Shown here: piece after piece, positions 1 to 9,826 of the stretch
Position numbering within the stretch: position 1 is the stretch's first letter
Layout: each line of letters starts with the position of its first letter
Source: a virus
Direction: 5' to 3' (one strand)
IMG/VR virus record: IMGVR_UViG_3300025896_001356
Span: 13,161 to 77,160 of that record
DNA: 64,000 nucleotides
The notes under the pieces: generated by a model
Seen by the model: the letters and a program-made list of their open reading frames with translations, nothing else
Told to the model about the DNA's origin: nothing
Databases searched by the model: none
Program-made: the position numbers and the translations under genes

Positions 1-603
1 GAAGGGGTAGCCAGTGCATTATCTGTACAACTCAATAGGCCTGTAACAATTTATAATTTTGGCGAAGGCGGTGCCGGAGTACAGAGAATAGCAGATATAT
101 TCCGCCAGGTAACACAGTTTAGGAAATTAGACTATGCATTTTTTTTACTTCCAGATCATCAACGTTACCAGTATCCGGTTATTGTCACAGACCATCAACC
201 AACCACAAGCCCAGTTAAACTTATAAATGTAGTTAATGGATTTAATCCAACTCGCATCAGCAATGAACAACAGTACCAGTTAATAACTCGAAATAAATCC
301 ATGTCCGAACTCGACGATGTCAACCGACTGATCAATGAATTGCAGATCATTGAACTTATTGCCAAGGTAAACAACGTCAAAATATTCTATTCAGCCTGGC
401 GAGCTCCTACTTACGAAATATTGTCAACACACATTGATAATAGTGCAATGTTACCATTTTTTGGTTCTTCGCCAGGCACTAGCAGAGACGGAAACTGGAC
501 AGATTTTGCTGCCGACGGCAGTCATCCTGGGCCAAAATTAAATCAACATTGGGTAAATATAGTACAGCAATATTTCATTGAACACAGAAAAGGATTAGAT
601 TAA
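1..603 (+). CDS. SGNH/GDSL-like hydrolase-fold protein, 5'-truncated by the window edge
   Basis: Frame 1 is open from base 1 (EGVASALSVQLNRPVTIYNFGEGGAG...) into the 301..603 ORF. It has block II-like NFGEGG and block V-like DGSHPG. Confidence 0.6.
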   Translation, partial: EGVASALSVQLNRPVTIYNFGEGGAGVQRIADIFRQVTQFRKLDYAFFLLPDHQRYQYPVIVTDHQPTTSPVKLINVVNGFNPTRISNEQQYQLITRNKSMSELDDVNRLINELQIIELIAKVNNVKIFYSAWRAPTYEILSTHIDNSAMLPFFGSSPGTSRDGNWTDFAADGSHPGPKLNQHWVNIVQQYFIEHRKGLD

Positions 604-1808
604 TGAGCCAGATGTACGGTAAAGTAACCCGGTTACACATAGAATTATCAAGCAGGTGCAATGCCAGCTGCCCGTGTTGCAGCAGAAATTTTTGCGGCGG
701 CCCAGTTGTGCCTGACCTAGATCTCACTGAGCTATCGCTTGCTGATATAAAACAAATGATTCCAAATGAGTTAGCGGCACAATTACATGCTATTAATTTT
801 TGTGGCAACATAGGCGACCCGGGTATGGCAACAGATTTAATAGAAATATTAGAGCATTTTCGAGACCAGTCGCCAAACATTATACTGCAAGTTAGAACCA
901 ATGGCGGCATGCGTTCAGCAGAATTTTGGACCAAATTGGGTAACTTTTTTAAAAATCACCAAGCCAACAATATGGATCCAATTCAGGCCGATGGCGGCCA
1001 TTTGTTTGGTAGATCAAACGTCGTTTTCAGTGTCGACGGACTTGAAGAAACTAATCATATATACCGCCGCGGGGTAATTTGGGAAAAATTAATCAGAAAC
1101 ATGCAAGCATATAGCGATACTGGTGCAACTGCAACTTGGGAATGGTTATTGTTTGATCATAATAAACACCAAATTGACGAAGCACATGCATTGGCCAAGA
1201 AATTAAATTTTGATCTTTTATTCAAGAATCCAATGGGGTTCACTGAACATGATGGTATTTTCAAACCAATACCAGTGTATAGCAAAGCTGGCAAGTACGA
1301 GTATAGTATTTGGCCAAATGGCTACTCCGGTGAAAAAATAGTCGGCGCAGATAGTTCGTTTGATTTTGTCAATCATTACATTACTCAAAAACAAAATAAA
1401 AACATACCCGTTATTAACGAATTTAGTAAAAGTTTAGAAAACAATACAATAACATGTCGGTCAACTGCTAAATTGGATCAGGGTGAAGTGTACATTTCTG
1501 CAGGTGGCTATATGTTACCTTGCTGCTATCTAGGAAGTGTGTTTGGTCAGAATCAATCATCATATTCACGCTACCAGTTCAATTCACTGATGCAAGACTA
1601 TGGATTAGAGAAATTCAATCTGAGAACCCGGCCAATGACGGATATTTTAAAAGGGCCAGAATTTTCCAAATTTTTCTTAGATGGTTGGTCAGCAGATACA
1701 ATCAAAAACGGTAAATTATTATATTGTATAGAAACATGCGGACAATCAGAATTAAATTCTATTGATAAACTATATCCTAATAAAATTATCAGTAAAGATT
1801 TAACATGA
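603..1808 (+). CDS. Radical SAM protein with C-terminal SPASM/twitch-like Cys cluster
   Basis: CNASCPCC (CxxxCxxC), CGNIGDP, RTNGG, FSVDG; C-terminal C...PCC...C..TC. Confidence 0.85.
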   Translation: MSQMYGKVTRLHIELSSRCNASCPCCSRNFCGGPVVPDLDLTELSLADIKQMIPNELAAQLHAINFCGNIGDPGMATDLIEILEHFRDQSPNIILQVRTNGGMRSAEFWTKLGNFFKNHQANNMDPIQADGGHLFGRSNVVFSVDGLEETNHIYRRGVIWEKLIRNMQAYSDTGATATWEWLLFDHNKHQIDEAHALAKKLNFDLLFKNPMGFTEHDGIFKPIPVYSKAGKYEYSIWPNGYSGEKIVGADSSFDFVNHYITQKQNKNIPVINEFSKSLENNTITCRSTAKLDQGEVYISAGGYMLPCCYLGSVFGQNQSSYSRYQFNSLMQDYGLEKFNLRTRPMTDILKGPEFSKFFLDGWSADTIKNGKLLYCIETCGQSELNSIDKLYPNKIISKDLT

Positions 1809-1854
1809 AAATATTTGGCAATACACAGCTATATCAACTTACCAGGAGCATTAC

Positions 1855-1956
1855 ATGTTTAAATGGATAAAAAATTTATATTACAAGATCAAAACAGAAT
1901 TGCGCTATCGGAAGCGCATCAAAGAAATGAAAAAACGTGATCCGTTCATCTACTAA
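1855..1956 (+). CDS. 33-aa basic peptide MFKWIKNLYYKIKTELRYRKRIKEMKKRDPFIY (not in ORF track)
   Basis: AGGAG upstream. The PFIY end resembles small peptides encoded beside carbamoyltransferase genes. Confidence 0.65.
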   Translation: MFKWIKNLYYKIKTELRYRKRIKEMKKRDPFIY

Positions 1957-1963
1957 GTAGAAC

Positions 1964-2668
1964 ATGAAAATTGGAATATTTGGTGATAGCTTTGCAGTAT
2001 ACTACCCAGAAAAGGCGCCCAGAACGGCCTGGGCTACTGTCTTAGAAGATAAATTTAAATGGGATGTTACTAACTACGCCTGGGGGGCAACAAGTTTATT
2101 TTGGACTTATACGCAATTATTAAATAATATAAACGACGTTGATATTGTCATAATGAGTATTACTCAGCAAGGTAGATTATACAGTCATGATCCAAAAGCG
2201 TGTACTGGTCTGTCTAATTATGGATCAGTTAATGCTCGGCTTGCTGGATTGAGTAGTAGTCATGCAGATTATGAAATTCTCAATGCCGCACTGCAATATT
2301 TTGTGCATTTGTCCAATGATGATTTTAATAGGTATGTACATGTCAAAATCATTGACGACATAAAGAAACTCTGCAACTTGCAGGGTAAACGATTGATTTT
2401 AATTCCCGGATTTGATGAAGATATAAACTCTCAAGATATATTTCAGTCTGCACTAATAAATGTGTCGGTCACTGAGTGCTGGGCGCATTTTAAGCAGCCG
2501 TACGTCATTGAAGCGCCTACACGTAATTGTCATATGACAGATGCAAACAATAGTATACTAGCTCAACTGTTGGATCAAATATTACGTGGCAATCGAACAG
2601 AGGTCAAACTCACTGATTTTAATTTTGAAAAAATATCAGATTTATCTTCCCAATGGATTTTACCATAA
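1964..2668 (+). CDS. SGNH-like hydrolase/acyltransferase-fold protein
   Basis: N-terminal IFGDSF, NYAWGATS, C-terminal NCHMT. Confidence 0.65.
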   Translation: MKIGIFGDSFAVYYPEKAPRTAWATVLEDKFKWDVTNYAWGATSLFWTYTQLLNNINDVDIVIMSITQQGRLYSHDPKACTGLSNYGSVNARLAGLSSSHADYEILNAALQYFVHLSNDDFNRYVHVKIIDDIKKLCNLQGKRLILIPGFDEDINSQDIFQSALINVSVTECWAHFKQPYVIEAPTRNCHMTDANNSILAQLLDQILRGNRTEVKLTDFNFEKISDLSSQWILP

Positions 2669-4125
2669 TGATATTAGGTATTACAGCACAAAATCATGAC
2701 GCCAGTTTAGCACTAATAGATGGTGATCGTATTGTATGGGCAGCACACGCAGAACGCTACAGCAGAGTTAAAAACGATCCGCTATTAAATGCAGCCATGC
2801 TGGCAGATATGCGATGCTACGGCGAGCCAACTGAATTAGTATGGTTTGAAAAGCCCGTACAAAAGGATTTACGACGATTGATTTCCGGACAACGTCCTTG
2901 GCATGTTAGTCCTAAAGATCAATTACGTGCAGTGGGATTAGATCACTTGCCTATCGACTATGTTGGCCATCATCAAAGCCATGCTGCCGCAGGATACTAT
3001 ACAAGTGGGTTCAAAGACGCTGCAATCTTAGTAGTAGATGCAATCGGCGAATGGGACACAGTTAGTATTTGGCATGCTGAAGGTGCCGATATGAAGCGCA
3101 AGTGGTCAAAGAAGTATCCTAACAGCGTAGGATTGTTTTACACAGCAATGACACAGTGGTTAGGATTAAAGCCCAATGAAGAAGAATACATCCTAATGGG
3201 CATGGCTGCTTATGGAAAGCCTCGACACGCAGAAGAACTATTAGAAACGTTCTTTACCAAGTGGGCGCCACCCGACTTTAAGCTAAAGCACAATCTACAT
3301 CGTGGTTGCGCTTGGTGGACTCCTAAAGACTCTACTGCAACCAAGTTTGATATTGCTGCCAGTGTACAGTACATAATTGAAATGTATTTGACAGAGACAA
3401 TTGATTGGATGTCTGGAGAAATTGATTCAGATAATTTAGTCTTTATGGGCGGCGTTGCATTAAATTGTGTGGCAAATGCATTAATTGCACGAGAAAACTA
3501 TTTTAATAATTTCTGGATTATGCCTAATCCCGGTGACAGCGGCAGTGCAATTGGTGCAGTTGCAGCCCATACTCGACGGCATTTAAAATGGGAAACCATT
3601 TACCTAGGCACTGATATCAAACAAGATGTTGATGTCAAGTCAATTGTTAAAGAACTCAAAAAGGGCAATGTGGTAGCAGTAGCAAATGGTCGTGCTGAGT
3701 TTGGCCCACGTTCATTAGGTAATCGTAGTTTACTGTGCGATCCACGTGGTGCAGATGCCAAGCCCCGCATGAATACTATTAAAAAGCGTGAACAATTTCG
3801 TCCATTTGCGCCGGCTGTGTTAGCAGAACACGCAGACACATATTTTGACATGCCTGTTGCAGAAAGCCCTTATATGCAGTTTGTTGCAGAATGTAGAACG
3901 CCAGACACATTGCCGGGTATTTGTCACGTAGATAACTCTAGTAGAGTGCAAACAGTTACCGAGCAAGATAATCCTGTGTTTCGTAGTATATTAGAAGCAT
4001 GGGAAACTGCAACAGGTTGCCCTATATTAATGAATACCAGTTTAAACATTCGTGGCGAACCGCTAGTAAATACCTGGGCAGACGCACTGCGCTTTCAAAC
4101 TTTACACAAGGTAAATGTATATTAA
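2668..4125 (+). CDS. O-carbamoyltransferase (NodU/CmcH/TobZ family)
   Basis: HDAS, ERYSRVK, HHQSHAA, DAIGE, GGVALNC, PGDSG, EFGPRSLGNRS, RPFAP, NTSLN. The start is probably ATG 2668 (TAATG overlap). Confidence 0.95.
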   Translation: MILGITAQNHDASLALIDGDRIVWAAHAERYSRVKNDPLLNAAMLADMRCYGEPTELVWFEKPVQKDLRRLISGQRPWHVSPKDQLRAVGLDHLPIDYVGHHQSHAAAGYYTSGFKDAAILVVDAIGEWDTVSIWHAEGADMKRKWSKKYPNSVGLFYTAMTQWLGLKPNEEEYILMGMAAYGKPRHAEELLETFFTKWAPPDFKLKHNLHRGCAWWTPKDSTATKFDIAASVQYIIEMYLTETIDWMSGEIDSDNLVFMGGVALNCVANALIARENYFNNFWIMPNPGDSGSAIGAVAAHTRRHLKWETIYLGTDIKQDVDVKSIVKELKKGNVVAVANGRAEFGPRSLGNRSLLCDPRGADAKPRMNTIKKREQFRPFAPAVLAEHADTYFDMPVAESPYMQFVAECRTPDTLPGICHVDNSSRVQTVTEQDNPVFRSILEAWETATGCPILMNTSLNIRGEPLVNTWADALRFQTLHKVNVY

Positions 4126-4887
4126 ATGGTTAAACGATTAGTAATTGTAGGGGATAGTTTTTGTGCTGACCGCAAAATAGCCACCGACTGGCCGGTTAAA
4201 CTTGCAAATATGCTCGGACGCCAACTGCGCGGTGAAGGGCGTGGTGGACGGGCGTGGTGGACGACACGAAGCTGGATTTATAAAAATATTGGTCAAATTG
4301 ACCAAGACACAATTTTAATAGTGTGTCATACTTCTCCGTCTAGATTACCAAATCAGAATCACTATCCAATCAGTACTGGTATTTTACATAGCGAAGTTTC
4401 TGCGCCATCAAATGATTTACGGCTAGTTGATCCCAATGGTGAACTATTTAATTTGGCCAAAAATTTCTATCTATCAGACTTATATGTGCATGAGTTTTAC
4501 GAATGGGCAGGAAGGTGCTGGTTGCATGAAGTAAACAACCTGGCACAACGAGTACATAAACTTATTCATTTGCCTGGTCCAGACGCTATTCATCATTCGT
4601 TTGATACCCAATATAGTAATTCTATTAGAATAGAACCATCATTGGAATGCAAAGCACTAGTTGACTTGTCAATGAAAGAATTAAAACAAAATGGTAGAAA
4701 GTTTTTTGGACCCGACGCACGACATAACCATCTAACTGAACACAACAATATCAAATTGGCCGAAGCCTTGTATACTATAATTAAATCAGAATCTGCTCCG
4801 ACTAATCCAATGCATTTTGATAATCTCAATGAGTGGTCCTTTACAAATGACGATTTTAAAGTCAGAATGGATTTTGAAAACTACTAA
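4126..4887 (+). CDS. SGNH-like hydrolase-fold protein
   Basis: IVGDSF at the N-terminus and RHNHLT near the C-terminus; paralogous in style to 1964..2668. Confidence 0.6.
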   Translation: MVKRLVIVGDSFCADRKIATDWPVKLANMLGRQLRGEGRGGRAWWTTRSWIYKNIGQIDQDTILIVCHTSPSRLPNQNHYPISTGILHSEVSAPSNDLRLVDPNGELFNLAKNFYLSDLYVHEFYEWAGRCWLHEVNNLAQRVHKLIHLPGPDAIHHSFDTQYSNSIRIEPSLECKALVDLSMKELKQNGRKFFGPDARHNHLTEHNNIKLAEALYTIIKSESAPTNPMHFDNLNEWSFTNDDFKVRMDFENY

Positions 4888-4895
4888 ATAAAATT

Positions 4896-5687
4896 ATGAA
4901 AAAACTATTGTTAATCCTTTTGGCAACATTTACAATGTCTGCCTTTGCCTGGACTCAAACTCCTGCTAAACCACTTGAAGCATGTGCTGCACAAATGCCG
5001 TATGGTATTCCTGAAGTTGCTCGTAAAGTAACTGGCCTATGTCACTTGGCATACGCCACAGCAAATGACGAAGCTGCAAAACTACCAGTCTGGACCAGTT
5101 ATGTACTAACTCCAGAACATGCTCTTGGTTGTGTTGCCCGTACTAACGCATTCACCCCAGACATCAGCATCAAAGGCGGTGCACGACCAGACGACTATGC
5201 TGGCACTGGTTACGATAAAGGTCACGTGGCACCAGATGGGGATATGAGTTGGGACCAGCAAGTTGAATATGAATCATTTTTAATGACCAATATGATGCCG
5301 CAATTGGGCGGCTTGAATAGAGGTATCTGGAAGCAGCTTGAAACAATAATTCGTGGCTGGACAGTTCAGCAAGCTCACAGCTATACAATTTATGCAGGCC
5401 CCATTTATAACATGGCAAACAACAAGATTGGCAAAGGAGTTGTTATACCAAGTGCGTTCTACAAGATTGCGATCAATAATGAGACGCATGCTATTGCTGG
5501 TTGGGTATTCCCGCATCGCACTGACTTAAAGGATTTAGAAGAACTCCGCATGCCTGTTAAGCACATCATGGAAGCTGCTGGAGTGCAATTTGGATTTCCA
5601 GATGCCGGCAAAGAAATTCGTCCAGGTAACGAACCTGACGTTGATTTTGGTGCATTAACCAAAGCTAAACAAGCAATTTGCAAGTAA
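4896..5687 (+). CDS. Secreted DNA/RNA non-specific endonuclease (NucA/Serratia type)
   Basis: Signal peptide; YDKGHVAP, FLMTNMMPQ, LNRGIWKQLE. Confidence 0.9.
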   Translation: MKKLLLILLATFTMSAFAWTQTPAKPLEACAAQMPYGIPEVARKVTGLCHLAYATANDEAAKLPVWTSYVLTPEHALGCVARTNAFTPDISIKGGARPDDYAGTGYDKGHVAPDGDMSWDQQVEYESFLMTNMMPQLGGLNRGIWKQLETIIRGWTVQQAHSYTIYAGPIYNMANNKIGKGVVIPSAFYKIAINNETHAIAGWVFPHRTDLKDLEELRMPVKHIMEAAGVQFGFPDAGKEIRPGNEPDVDFGALTKAKQAICK

Positions 5688-5750
5688 TACACCTACTTAA
5701 CGCTTGCATTAACACGATACATAAATAGAATCGCTGTATACGGCACCGCT

Positions 5751-5779
5751 AAACAGGGCACATTGGTTGCCCTGTTTTC
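5751..5779 (+). terminator. Rho-independent terminator
   Basis: AAACAGGGCA-cattggt-TGCCCTGTTT followed by T residues. Confidence 0.75.
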
Positions 5780-5808
5780 TTGACAACGTATAAGTATTTT
5801 GCTATAAT
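5780..5808 (+). promoter_or_regulatory. sigma70 consensus promoter; leaderless start at 5815
   Basis: TTGACA-17 nt-TATAAT, with the ATG 6 nt after the -10 box. Confidence 0.85.
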
Positions 5809-5814
5809 AGTAAG

Positions 5815-6333
5815 ATGAAAGTTATTAATGTTATTGCCGGCCCAGGTGTAGGTAAAAGCACTCTAGCGTCAGGTCTCTATCATGAGGCAAAACGCAGAGG
5901 GTGGAATGTAGAATTGGTTACGGAAGTGGCCAAGGACCTAGTTTGGGAAGGGCGGCAATGTGCGTTAAGCAATCAGGCTTATGTATTTGGACGGCAAGTT
6001 CAACGTATACATAGGTTAGAAGGGCAAGTTGATTATGTTATCACTGACAGCCCCTTCTTGTTAAGTGCCATCTATGCGCCGGATGATTATCCAAGTGCAT
6101 GGGAGGAAGTAGTAGTAGAACTTTGGAAACGTTACGATAACAGCGTGGCATTTCTAGAGCGCGGCCCTTGGTTTTCCGAAACGGGTCGTGTGCATAATCT
6201 TCAAGCGAGTTTGGAGATCGATCAACGGATTGCGGTGCTCTTGGCAAAGCATAACATAACCCACACTCAGGTTAGTTATGGATACCAGAGCCCAGGTGAA
6301 GTCTTAGATGCTATTTTAGCGTCAAGGGCCTGA
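5815..6333 (+). CDS. P-loop NMP-kinase-like/NadR-type (AAA_28) ATPase
   Basis: GPGVGKST Walker A, ITDSP. Confidence 0.8.
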   Translation: MKVINVIAGPGVGKSTLASGLYHEAKRRGWNVELVTEVAKDLVWEGRQCALSNQAYVFGRQVQRIHRLEGQVDYVITDSPFLLSAIYAPDDYPSAWEEVVVELWKRYDNSVAFLERGPWFSETGRVHNLQASLEIDQRIAVLLAKHNITHTQVSYGYQSPGEVLDAILASRA

Positions 6334-6365
6334 CTGGAGGTAATCCCAATGAAAGGAGATGTAAT

Positions 6366-7055
6366 ATGCATGTAACCTTGAATAGCAACTTGGGCATGAT
6401 AAAACAAACGGTTGAGCGTTTGTTTATAAAGGCAATTTTAATTGCTTTAATTTTTATAGTTGTTTCTACAGCAGTATTTGATAGTCGACGTTTTGTTATG
6501 TCATTTGAGTTTGAAGATACTGAGATGGAAACAGTTAGTGAATGGGTAATTAAACAATTTAATCCAGGTAAAAAGGAAACATTAGAAGAACGCTTGCAGC
6601 GACTAATGCATTCCAATTTAGAATCAACTGGAGGCGTAAAGGCTGCATTAGCCGATAAGTCAGTTAAGTGTTTAGCAGAGAATGTTTATTACGAAAGCCG
6701 TGGCGAATCGCTACAAGGGCAAGTAGCAGTGGCCAATGTAACTCTGACAAGATTACACGAAGGATATGCCCGTTCAATATGTGGTGTAGTAAAGCAACGT
6801 AATCCCAATGGGTGCCAGTTTGAATGGGTCTGTAGACCTAGTTTAACAGTGCCAACTGGAGTAGCATGGACCCAAGCAGTGGGAATTGCGCTAGTAGTAT
6901 TAAATGAGGGCAAACGAGTTGAAGATCCAACTAACGGTGCAAGTCATTTTCATGCTACACATATTGATTGGCAACCAACCTGGCATCGGGTAAATAACTC
7001 AGTACGCCAAATTGGCAACCATATCTTTTATAGAGTAAAACCACAGGGACAATAA
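6366..7055 (+). CDS. Cell wall hydrolase (SleB/Hydrolase_2)
   Basis: CLAENVYYESRGE, QFEW, IGNHIFY; N-terminal TM segment. Confidence 0.9.
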   Translation: MHVTLNSNLGMIKQTVERLFIKAILIALIFIVVSTAVFDSRRFVMSFEFEDTEMETVSEWVIKQFNPGKKETLEERLQRLMHSNLESTGGVKAALADKSVKCLAENVYYESRGESLQGQVAVANVTLTRLHEGYARSICGVVKQRNPNGCQFEWVCRPSLTVPTGVAWTQAVGIALVVLNEGKRVEDPTNGASHFHATHIDWQPTWHRVNNSVRQIGNHIFYRVKPQGQ

Positions 7056-7399
7056 TGAGAAAATTATACACAGCAAGATTGTTAGAAGTACGTAACACGG
7101 ACACGTTAGACGTAGAACTAGATCTTGGCTTCAACGTATACACCCGCCAAAAAATTAAACTATTTGGCGTGTCAAGCGCAGGCAAAGATTCAGATGTAAA
7201 GCTGGTACTGACCGAGCTTTGTAAGAATGGCTTTATAGTAGAACCTATTATAACCAAACGTGCAAAGCTAGGCCGTGTACTAGGATGGGCATACATTGCT
7301 GACGCCACTGGTGAACCTGGACTTAATCTTAATCAAGCATTGGTTGAGCAAGGGCTTGCTACATCCTTCCAAGCTCCAGAAGAGGACGAGGAAGAATAA
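7055..7399 (+). CDS. Thermonuclease (SNase)-like protein, possibly degenerate
   Basis: DTLDVELDLGF, GRVLG, LNQALVEQGLA. Confidence 0.7.
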   Translation: MRKLYTARLLEVRNTDTLDVELDLGFNVYTRQKIKLFGVSSAGKDSDVKLVLTELCKNGFIVEPIITKRAKLGRVLGWAYIADATGEPGLNLNQALVEQGLATSFQAPEEDEEE

Positions 7400-8142
7400 T
7401 GTACGAAGAAGGACTAACAGCAAGAAAGATAGCAGAGTTTGACTCTGCTATTTTCAATGAGTACCGTGCCTGGGAAGCTGCATTTGATTGGAATCCAGCA
7501 GCTGAACCAAAAAGATATTTACGCAGTGATGGCACCCATTTAATTTACTTGCCAATAAATGCAATGCGTAATAATGATAAGGCTGGATTTAAATCTTTGA
7601 CCAGGACTTATACCCCGGACATTCAACTGCTATGGGATAATATATTAAAACGCCAATGCGAATATCTAGCAGAATTAACTGGCATTGCAGATCCTATTAT
7701 TGTTCAAGCAGATATTGCACGTATGAAACCTGTCACAGGCGACACTGTGATGCATACAGACACTCGCTATAATCAACGCTACGCAAGACGTTACAACATC
7801 GCTATAAGCACTAATACTGATTGCTGGCTTTATCATCGCAATTATGATTTAAATAATGGTGGTATGCGCGATCATATCAACGAAGGCGAAATGTGGGAGT
7901 TGAATAATAAAATTATACATACGGCTGTAAACTATGGTGATACATGGCGAACACATTTGATCATTGACGTGATGCCACGAAACTATTACGATGCTATGTG
8001 TAAACTTTATAATCCTTATGCCAAAGTACCAAATATACAGAACAAAAATACAACCTACGATTATGATATCGACGGTAATTTAATACACGAGCCTTTATTT
8101 AAAGACTTACCACATTGCTTTCCAGCAAGGACACACTTATAA
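7399..8142 (+). CDS. 2OG-Fe(II) oxygenase (Asp/Asn beta-hydroxylase-like)
   Basis: HTD...HTAVNYGDTWRTHLIID. Confidence 0.8.
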   Translation: MYEEGLTARKIAEFDSAIFNEYRAWEAAFDWNPAAEPKRYLRSDGTHLIYLPINAMRNNDKAGFKSLTRTYTPDIQLLWDNILKRQCEYLAELTGIADPIIVQADIARMKPVTGDTVMHTDTRYNQRYARRYNIAISTNTDCWLYHRNYDLNNGGMRDHINEGEMWELNNKIIHTAVNYGDTWRTHLIIDVMPRNYYDAMCKLYNPYAKVPNIQNKNTTYDYDIDGNLIHEPLFKDLPHCFPARTHL

Positions 8143-9392
8143 TGAAAATTACACGCACAGATATAATTGTTGCTTACTTGGCGCTTATAAGCGGTCTAAG
8201 CATTAGCGCAGTTGCAGTATATTACAGCGTAGCAGGATTGGTTAGTATCTTCTCTGCTGCGGTGATTCCAATTATCGTTATGGGTGTTGCACTTGAAGTC
8301 AGTAAACTAATTGCCACAATGTGGTTAAAGTTAAACTGGACTCGTGCCCCATTCTTTATTAAAACTTATATGACCGCTGCGGTAGCAGTACTAATGATTA
8401 TTACCTCAATGGGTATCTTTGGCTTTCTAAGCAAAGCACACAGTGATCAAAGTTTGGTAAGTGGAGATGTACAAAGTAAGATTGCAGTGTACGATGAAAA
8501 AATTAAAGTAGCCAGGGATAATATTGATGCAAACCGCAAAGCACTCAAACAAATGGATGAGGCTGTGGACCAAATTATGGGTCGAAGTTCGTCAGAAACG
8601 GGTGCGGACAAAGCAGTTGCGGTCCGTAAAGGGCAGGCCAAAGAACGCTCTAGATTACTTTCTGACATCACTGCCGAACAGAAAGCAATTACTAAACTTA
8701 GTGAAGAACGGGCACCCATCGCCGCAGAAGTGCGCAAGGTGGAAGCAGAAGTTGGTCCGATAAAATACATTGCAGCATTTATCTATGGTGATAACCCAGA
8801 TGCCAATGTGCTAGAAAAAGCAGTGACATGGGTGATTATTATCATTGTGTCTGTATTTGACCCTCTTGCAGTTATCTTGTTGTTGGCCAGTCAGTATAGC
8901 TTCCAATGGTTTAGAAAACCAGATGAGGATGAAATTGTTGTAGTCAATTCCCCAATTGTGGCTACTGTGCAGCCAGTTGACAACTACGTTGCAGATATAC
9001 CGCCTGTGTATCCTGTTACAGAAGATGACCTTGAAGAAATTGCAACTGCATTTAACGAAGCAAAAAAGAAAGTTCACGATGAGCCTGTTGTAGAACAAAT
9101 CGTTTCTCACCAATATGATGTGCCGCAGGAACCCGAAGTGACACTAATTACTCCTGCACCAACGTTTAATGAGTTAAGCGAAGAGGATATTACTCGCTTA
9201 GAAGCCAGCCGGGATTTAGATTTTGCGCCACCGGGAACACCAGGAGAGGCTTGGACTGCACCAGTGCAAAACGAGCAGCAAGCCACTGATAATATTGATA
9301 AAATATATAAAGCAAGTTCAGAAGACTTGGCTAAACAAATGCGTGGTCGTGGTTGGTTTCAAGCCACGTTCCCTAAAAAAGATAACACATAA
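8142..9392 (+). CDS. Multi-TM coiled-coil membrane protein
   Basis: Three to four N-terminal TMs, a coiled coil, the FDPLAV TM and an acidic tail. Start probably 8142. Confidence 0.7.
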   Translation: MKITRTDIIVAYLALISGLSISAVAVYYSVAGLVSIFSAAVIPIIVMGVALEVSKLIATMWLKLNWTRAPFFIKTYMTAAVAVLMIITSMGIFGFLSKAHSDQSLVSGDVQSKIAVYDEKIKVARDNIDANRKALKQMDEAVDQIMGRSSSETGADKAVAVRKGQAKERSRLLSDITAEQKAITKLSEERAPIAAEVRKVEAEVGPIKYIAAFIYGDNPDANVLEKAVTWVIIIIVSVFDPLAVILLLASQYSFQWFRKPDEDEIVVVNSPIVATVQPVDNYVADIPPVYPVTEDDLEEIATAFNEAKKKVHDEPVVEQIVSHQYDVPQEPEVTLITPAPTFNELSEEDITRLEASRDLDFAPPGTPGEAWTAPVQNEQQATDNIDKIYKASSEDLAKQMRGRGWFQATFPKKDNT

Positions 9393-9403
9393 GAAAGACT
9401 ATT

Positions 9404-9826
9404 TTGAGTGATTCAAACGTATACATTGTAAGCCCTCCAACTTTATACATGCCAGCAGGCGGGTTGGCATTTTGCTTAATAAGTAATGATCCTACATGGC
9501 AAGATTCAATTATCAACTATTTAGAAGCAAACATTCAGAATCAATTAACATTCTATGCAACTGAAACAAGCACCAAGGATCCTAAAGCATGGGTATGGTA
9601 TTGGCATATAGTTGACAACTGCGGCATGATCTTTGTTGATCTTTCGAGCAGTACAGAGCATGAAGTTAGAATGGCGATGGCAATGGCCAAATTGGATATG
9701 CCAGTTATCTTTCATGTTAGGCCTGGCAACGACGAGTTTGTGGCATTGCTTAATGCAGTAGATATTCCACACTTCGAAGATATGGAACATTTGGCAACGT
9801 TATTGGAGAACGGCCTTGGTGGATAA
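9404..9826 (+). CDS. Hypothetical protein
   Basis: ORF packed in the operon upstream of clpX. Confidence 0.6.
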   Translation: MSDSNVYIVSPPTLYMPAGGLAFCLISNDPTWQDSIINYLEANIQNQLTFYATETSTKDPKAWVWYWHIVDNCGMIFVDLSSSTEHEVRMAMAMAKLDMPVIFHVRPGNDEFVALLNAVDIPHFEDMEHLATLLENGLGG

